Positions 59,186-64,000 of a DNA stretch of 64,000 nucleotides are shown piece by piece (within the stretch, counting starts at the first letter, position 1; every line of letters starts with the position of its first letter). The stretch comes from an uncultured archaeon (GTDB taxonomy: Archaea > Thermoplasmatota > Thermoplasmata > Thermoplasmatales > Thermoplasmataceae). The notes below the pieces were generated by a model. The model searched no databases. It was not told the DNA's origin and worked only from the letters and a program-made list of their open reading frames with translations. The position numbers and the translations under genes are program-made. The stretch covers positions 1,408,001 to 1,472,000 of the forward strand of contig CP009479.1 of NCBI GenBank assembly GCA_000965745.1. Reading direction: 5' to 3'.

Positions 59186-60943
59186 GTGCAATTCAATTTT
59201 GTCAGCCAGAAGTTCAACGAACTGGACAAAACCACCAAAAGGCTCGAAATGACAGCCATACTCAAGGAACTGTTCCTTGAGGCCGATGAAGATCTCAAGA
59301 TGCTGGTTTACTTGATTCTGGGGAAAGTCGCACCTGATTTTGAAGGCATCGAATTCGGCATGGGCAACAAGTTGATAATCAACGCCCTCAGCAGCGTTTC
59401 AGGAAAGAGCGAAAAGGAAATATCAGGCATGTTTGCAAGAACAGGTGATGTGGGGTCCGTTGCACGCGACATAACCGCCGTGAAGAAGCAGAAATCCCTT
59501 GCCAGCGAGGAGCTCACGGTCAAATACGTTTTCAACTCTCTTAGGAAACTTGCTGATACAAGCGGCGCAGGAAGCGTGAAGGAGAAGGAGAGCATTTACT
59601 CTGACCTGATATTAAACGGAACTCCTGATGATGCCATGTACATCACCCGCGTGATTGCGGGAAAGCTAAGGCTCGGGGTATCGGACGCAACCGTTCTCGA
59701 TGCGCTTGTTGAGGCATTCTATGAAAAAACGGACAAATCCAGCGTGGAAACGGCCTACAATTTTCACCCGGACCTCGGGTACATTGCTGAATTACTAAGA
59801 GACAGGAAAATAGACCAGATCAAGAAAATTGGGCCGGAACCACTCATTCCATTCAAGGTCATGCTGGCAGAACGGCTTCCTGATATCGACCAGATCCTCG
59901 GAAAAATGTCTGGCGAAAAAGCTGCGTTCGAATTCAAGTACGATGGCCTCAGAGCCGGAATACACAAACTGGGTGACAGGGTGAGGATATTCTCAAGAGG
60001 AAATGAGGATACGACTTCACAATTCCCTGACATTGTTGAAAACCTGAAAAAGACATTCAGGGCAGAATCCGTTATTCTCGACGGAGAGGCAGTGCCATAC
60101 AACCCTGAAACCGGTGAGCTTTACCCGTTCCAGATGGTGTCACAGCGGAGGGGGAGGAAATACGATCTGGACGAGATGAAAGAGACTGTGCCAGTTGTCG
60201 TATTCCTTTTTGATATTCTGTATCTAAACGGTGAATCTCTGGTCTCAAAACCATACCTGGAGAGAAGGAGGACTCTTGAATCATTGTTCGAGGAGAACGA
60301 CTCATTCAAAATGGCCAGGTCTGTCGTTTCAGATGATCCGGGGGAAATTGAGAAGTTCTTTGAGGACTCAATAGAGCACGGGTGTGAGGGTGTAGTTGCA
60401 AAGAATGTCGGGCCAGAATCGGTGTACCGTGCAGGGTCTAGAGGCTGGTTGTGGATCAAGTTCAAGAGGGACTATCAGGCAGAACTTTGGGACGCACTGG
60501 ATCTTGTCGTTGTGGGCGCTTTCCATGGGCATGGCAGAAGAAAGGGAACCTACGGGGCACTACTCATGGCTTCATACAATAAAGAGAAAGACGTTTTCGA
60601 AACGGTGTGTAAACTGGGGACCGGGTTTACGGATGAAGTTCTTTTCAGCCTCCCGGATAAGTTTTCAGGCCTTGCACAGGACAGGAAGCCGCCAAACCTG
60701 GAATGTGAACTTGAGCCTGACGTCTGGATCTATCCGGAGAAGGTCATGGAAATCGTTGGTGCCGAGATTACTCTCAGTCCTGTGCATACGTGCGCTTTCA
60801 GCATGGTAAAAGAGGGTTCGGGACTCGCACTGAGGTTTCCAAGGTTCAATGGCAGATGGCGTGACGATAAAAGTCCCACTGATGCTACAACAACCAATGA
60901 AGTGCTGGAAATGTATAAAAACCAGAGTAGTAAAAATAAATGA
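59186..60943 (+). CDS. lig: ATP-dependent DNA ligase
   Basis: EFKYDGLR, LDGEAV, FDILY, EGVVAK, WIKFKRDY, LRFPRF. Confidence 0.97.
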   Translation: MQFNFVSQKFNELDKTTKRLEMTAILKELFLEADEDLKMLVYLILGKVAPDFEGIEFGMGNKLIINALSSVSGKSEKEISGMFARTGDVGSVARDITAVKKQKSLASEELTVKYVFNSLRKLADTSGAGSVKEKESIYSDLILNGTPDDAMYITRVIAGKLRLGVSDATVLDALVEAFYEKTDKSSVETAYNFHPDLGYIAELLRDRKIDQIKKIGPEPLIPFKVMLAERLPDIDQILGKMSGEKAAFEFKYDGLRAGIHKLGDRVRIFSRGNEDTTSQFPDIVENLKKTFRAESVILDGEAVPYNPETGELYPFQMVSQRRGRKYDLDEMKETVPVVVFLFDILYLNGESLVSKPYLERRRTLESLFEENDSFKMARSVVSDDPGEIEKFFEDSIEHGCEGVVAKNVGPESVYRAGSRGWLWIKFKRDYQAELWDALDLVVVGAFHGHGRRKGTYGALLMASYNKEKDVFETVCKLGTGFTDEVLFSLPDKFSGLAQDRKPPNLECELEPDVWIYPEKVMEIVGAEITLSPVHTCAFSMVKEGSGLALRFPRFNGRWRDDKSPTDATTTNEVLEMYKNQSSKNK

Positions 60944-60990
60944 ACCCGGCCAACACAGGCCAGGTTTGTAGATTTATAATGGCAATATGC

Positions 60991-61455
60991 TTAATCGTAT
61001 GATTCTGAAGAATCTGAATACCTGTCTCTGCCGCCGCCGCCGTTGAAGTTTCTTCTTCCTCTTCCTCCACCGCCGCCGCCACCGCGGTACCTGAACTGGT
61101 TCTCGTATTCCTTCTCGCTCATGTCCAGTTCTTCGTTGACTTCGGATACTTCTTCAGTTGAATCGCTGAGTGAACCATATTTTCCGACGTTAAGTCTCAT
61201 ATGGCCTCTCACCAGTGATATGTAACCATTGTCAATGTATATGGTCCTTCCGTCAGAAGCCTGATCTGCCTGACTACCCCAGAGTGACAGAATAACCTTT
61301 CCGGTCTCGTCCCCTATGATAACCTCAGTTACAGATTTCTGTTCGCCAAATCTGGTCTGGATCTCTTTTGGCTCGCCTACTGATACAACCTTTCCAAGAA
61401 CATTTACTCTTCTGGAAGAAGGTGTAAGGTCTTTTATTTTGGTATTGCCTTCCAT
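60991..61455 (-). CDS. ssb: Single-stranded DNA-binding protein (single OB fold, Gly/Arg-rich tail)
   Basis: IKDL, GDETG, LSLWG, LNVGKYG; tail RGGGGGGGRGRR...SESYD. Confidence 0.9.
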   Translation of the reverse strand: MEGNTKIKDLTPSSRRVNVLGKVVSVGEPKEIQTRFGEQKSVTEVIIGDETGKVILSLWGSQADQASDGRTIYIDNGYISLVRGHMRLNVGKYGSLSDSTEEVSEVNEELDMSEKEYENQFRYRGGGGGGGRGRRNFNGGGGRDRYSDSSESYD

Positions 61456-61546
61456 TTTGTATTACTTCCTTTTGTCTAAAAAAGACTATCCTCCATTTTT
61501 GATAGATATATATACCTTTCTTTAAAATTGACATTAGGCTCCCAAT

Positions 61547-62371
61547 TTATTCAGCGTTTATGTCCGATATTCTGTCCCTGATCCATGGCAAAACCTCTCT
61601 GATGAAGGTAGGGCCATGATGTGCAAGGAAATCCAACGGCCCTGGAGTTACAAAGAATGCATTATTCTTCACTGAACTGAGGGAACCCCAGCCCCTCTTT
61701 TCTATCAATTCTTCCCTGTTCCTGTCAGTAAATCTGGAGTACATCTTGGGCTCATATAGAATAACTTCCGGGTCTGAGCTCACAACAAAATCAAGGTCCG
61801 GCTCAATCCACTCCCTATCTTCTCCCCCGTATATGTTCATTATTCCGAGCAGGGATAGTGCATCAGTGATATAGCTCCTGTAACCAAAGGTAACAGGTCC
61901 TCCGAGATCAATTTCAACATATGCTCTGATCTCATTGTTGGCTCTGAATCCGGAGATTTTGCTTATTAGTTCTCTTTCTATATCGGAAGCTTCGAATGGC
62001 CTTTCAGATACGATTCCCACCTTGTTTACCAGATCTATTATGCCTGCAACAGATGACGGGAGCTCGAAGACATAAACTGGAAACTTTTCCGAGAGCCTCC
62101 TGGAAAAATCCTCAGGGTATCCTGACACCGTGTATATTACATCAGGATTCAACTCTTCTATCACTTCTATTCTTGCCGACCCATAGCTCCCCACCTTCCT
62201 TATTCCGGATGTTCCAGGGGGACGGGAACAGAATGCTGAAACCCCTACTATCCTGTCCCGCAGTCCCAATTCAAAGAGAATTTCTGTTACAGCGGGGCTG
62301 AGGCTTATTATTCGCTTTACATCCTCCCGAACCTGGATTTTATCTCCAAGAGCTGTTATCAGAGTTCTCAA
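61547..62371 (-). CDS. BtuF-like helical-backbone substrate-binding protein (cobalamin/iron-complex)
   Basis: RIISLSPAVTEILFELG, IVGVS, LNPD; no evident signal peptide. Confidence 0.82.
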   Translation of the reverse strand: MRTLITALGDKIQVREDVKRIISLSPAVTEILFELGLRDRIVGVSAFCSRPPGTSGIRKVGSYGSARIEVIEELNPDVIYTVSGYPEDFSRRLSEKFPVYVFELPSSVAGIIDLVNKVGIVSERPFEASDIERELISKISGFRANNEIRAYVEIDLGGPVTFGYRSYITDALSLLGIMNIYGGEDREWIEPDLDFVVSSDPEVILYEPKMYSRFTDRNREELIEKRGWGSLSSVKNNAFFVTPGPLDFLAHHGPTFIREVLPWIRDRISDINAE

Positions 62372-62396
62372 CCGAAACCCTCCCGCAAAGGGGACA

Positions 62397-63659
62397 CTAA
62401 TCTGCTGAAGTCTGGCCCAGCTTCCTTTCCACGTTTTTCTTTGAAGGAAGAAATGGAATGAGCACAGTTGATATTACCGAGAAGATAAGCATTACCCACA
62501 TTCCTTCAGTCAGTGGCACTTTAAGAAGCATCAGGCTGAGAAACGCGATTCCAACGCCTCCGCCCACAGTCTGTCCAACACCCCACACCATGGCGTTTGC
62601 TGTTGTGGAAAGGGTCTTTGGCACAATCTGGCCAACGTAGCCAAGAAGAATTGGGAAACCACTGAAAGTGAGGAACGCATAAAGCCCGTACAGTATCCCT
62701 ATGAATGTGATTCCGTAGACGAGACCCGTGGATGCAACATCACCTGCAAACAGGAGAAGGATGAAGAATACAAGTGCGGACAGTGCTGTGGAAACTCCAA
62801 CAGTGAACTTTCCTCCCCTTTTTGTCGTTAGCTTGCCAAACCATACCTGGCCGAAGATCGGAGGTATAAACGCAAGTGTAAGAACAGTGCCCATAATTGT
62901 TGAAGAACCAACGAGATCATCGATATATGTTGGTATGAAGGTAACTATTGCTATGTTGAACATAGACCTGAGGAATATCACGATTGTAATGGTCACTATC
63001 ATTCCCCAGTATATCTGCATCCCTTTCTTCTTGCCGACTACTATCTTGTCCTGCTCCTCGTCAACTGAGGTCCGGTAGTCTTTCCTTTTAAAGAACTTGA
63101 GACCTGCGAATATGATGCTGGCGGAGATTATGGTGTAGAAAGCTATTATGCTCAACCCTGTAAATCCGCCTATCAGTTCTATGAGGGTCACTATAACGAT
63201 TGGCATCGCAGCTCTCCCAACACTTCCAAAGCCACCGTTTATTCCCATTGCCGGTGGTGCCTTGTGGCTTCCATATGTGTGGTATATCACGCTTGCACCG
63301 AGTGGATGGTAGAAAGCCTGGCCTACACCAAGAAGCACTGCGGCGGATATGAGAAGCCAGTAGATGTATGACGGATAAAGGAAAGGCAGCGCGAAAAGCA
63401 TCATTGCCAGGGCCTGAATGCCGATCCCAAATGACAGAAGAAAAGAGTCCTTGTCGTACTTGTCAGCGATAACCCCAATTGGCGCACTGAGCGCTCCGGA
63501 CAGGACGTAATAGATCACTGCCATTATTCCGAGTGCTACTAGGTGCACGTTGGGAAGAAGGCTGTAGAACGTAATCAGGATTGGATAAAGCAGAAAATTT
63601 CCATCATTTACAAGATGGGCCATTGATGTGAAAACAAGCGATCTTATCTCCGCTTTCAT
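62397..63659 (-). CDS. MFS transporter (Fsr-like)
   Basis: AHLVND, GVIADKY, GQAFYHP, GSVGRA. Confidence 0.88.
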   Translation of the reverse strand: MKAEIRSLVFTSMAHLVNDGNFLLYPILITFYSLLPNVHLVALGIMAVIYYVLSGALSAPIGVIADKYDKDSFLLSFGIGIQALAMMLFALPFLYPSYIYWLLISAAVLLGVGQAFYHPLGASVIYHTYGSHKAPPAMGINGGFGSVGRAAMPIVIVTLIELIGGFTGLSIIAFYTIISASIIFAGLKFFKRKDYRTSVDEEQDKIVVGKKKGMQIYWGMIVTITIVIFLRSMFNIAIVTFIPTYIDDLVGSSTIMGTVLTLAFIPPIFGQVWFGKLTTKRGGKFTVGVSTALSALVFFILLLFAGDVASTGLVYGITFIGILYGLYAFLTFSGFPILLGYVGQIVPKTLSTTANAMVWGVGQTVGGGVGIAFLSLMLLKVPLTEGMWVMLIFSVISTVLIPFLPSKKNVERKLGQTSAD

Positions 63660-63758
63660 TGACGGTATAGTTAAAAATTGTATTTAACAACTGCGTGGAA
63701 ATATTACGTCAGCAAGGGCTTTCAATGGTATGTGGACGGTAGAATGTTACGGGATTTA

Positions 63759-64000
63759 TTATTTGTACTTTATAGTCTCCATCCTGAAGGACTGTGCCAC
63801 ATACTCGCCGTTATTCGTCAAGAGAACCTTGTTCTTCTCCTTCTTTGCATAGTCGTAGCTTATGAGCTTCTCTATGCATGCATCCACGTCATTGACTTCA
63901 ACCTCACTCTTGACTCTGGCTTCCGGAACTATTCCACCATGGTTTCTTACAAACATGAGAACCTCTTTTTCATCGCTTCCGAGACCGAAAGAATCATGTT
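63759..64000 (-). CDS. Hypothetical protein, 5' end outside the window; C-terminus winged-helix-like
   Basis: Frame open to the window edge (...DSFGLGSDEKEVLMFVRNHGG...LLTNNGEYVA). Confidence 0.55.
   Translation of the reverse strand, partial: HDSFGLGSDEKEVLMFVRNHGGIVPEARVKSEVEVNDVDACIEKLISYDYAKKEKNKVLLTNNGEYVAQSFRMETIKYK

Noticed and set aside
61028-61088. CCG/CTT triplet repeats
   Set aside because: They encode the Gly/Arg-rich SSB tail. The alternative ORF 60885-61082 is a frame artefact.
1-64000. CRISPR array, rRNA, IS element, provirus, defence island, replication origin
   Set aside because: I saw no regularly spaced repeats, transposase, integrase, cas or cdc6 genes, and no ORB repeats.

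Overview
A gene-dense, mostly core-genome segment of an archaeal chromosome. The gene set and protein sequences look like Thermoplasmatales (TA0938-type protein, single-OB SSB, fRMsr, PncB); this is inferred from family recall, not from a search. It holds about 55 CDSs: four aminoacyl-tRNA synthetases (ProRS partial, IleRS, CysRS, LeuRS), tRNA-modification genes (RaSEA, TruA, archease), NAD salvage (NadM, PncA, PncB), Acs, HemA, DNA ligase, SSB, several transporters and an orphan type IV pilin. It also has two tRNA genes, Asp-GTC and Gly-GCC. I found no CRISPR array, rRNA, integrase or transposase. The most interesting points are: (1) a divergent redox locus pairing a three-gene membrane transhydrogenase (pntA1-A2-B, uncommon in archaea) with a dsrE-tusA-sqr-DUF1641 sulfur operon, lying between a GDGT ring synthase-like gene and tRNA-Gly/tetraether synthase; (2) both tRNAs encode C instead of the near-universal U at position 55; (3) a coupled gene pair encoding a Zn-finger/heme-oxygenase-like diiron protein and a TA0938 Zn protein, function unknown; (4) an AATTTCGCATG motif shared by two distant promoter regions, plus an unannotated 43-aa ORF. 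All protein calls rest on motif recognition; no database search was run.
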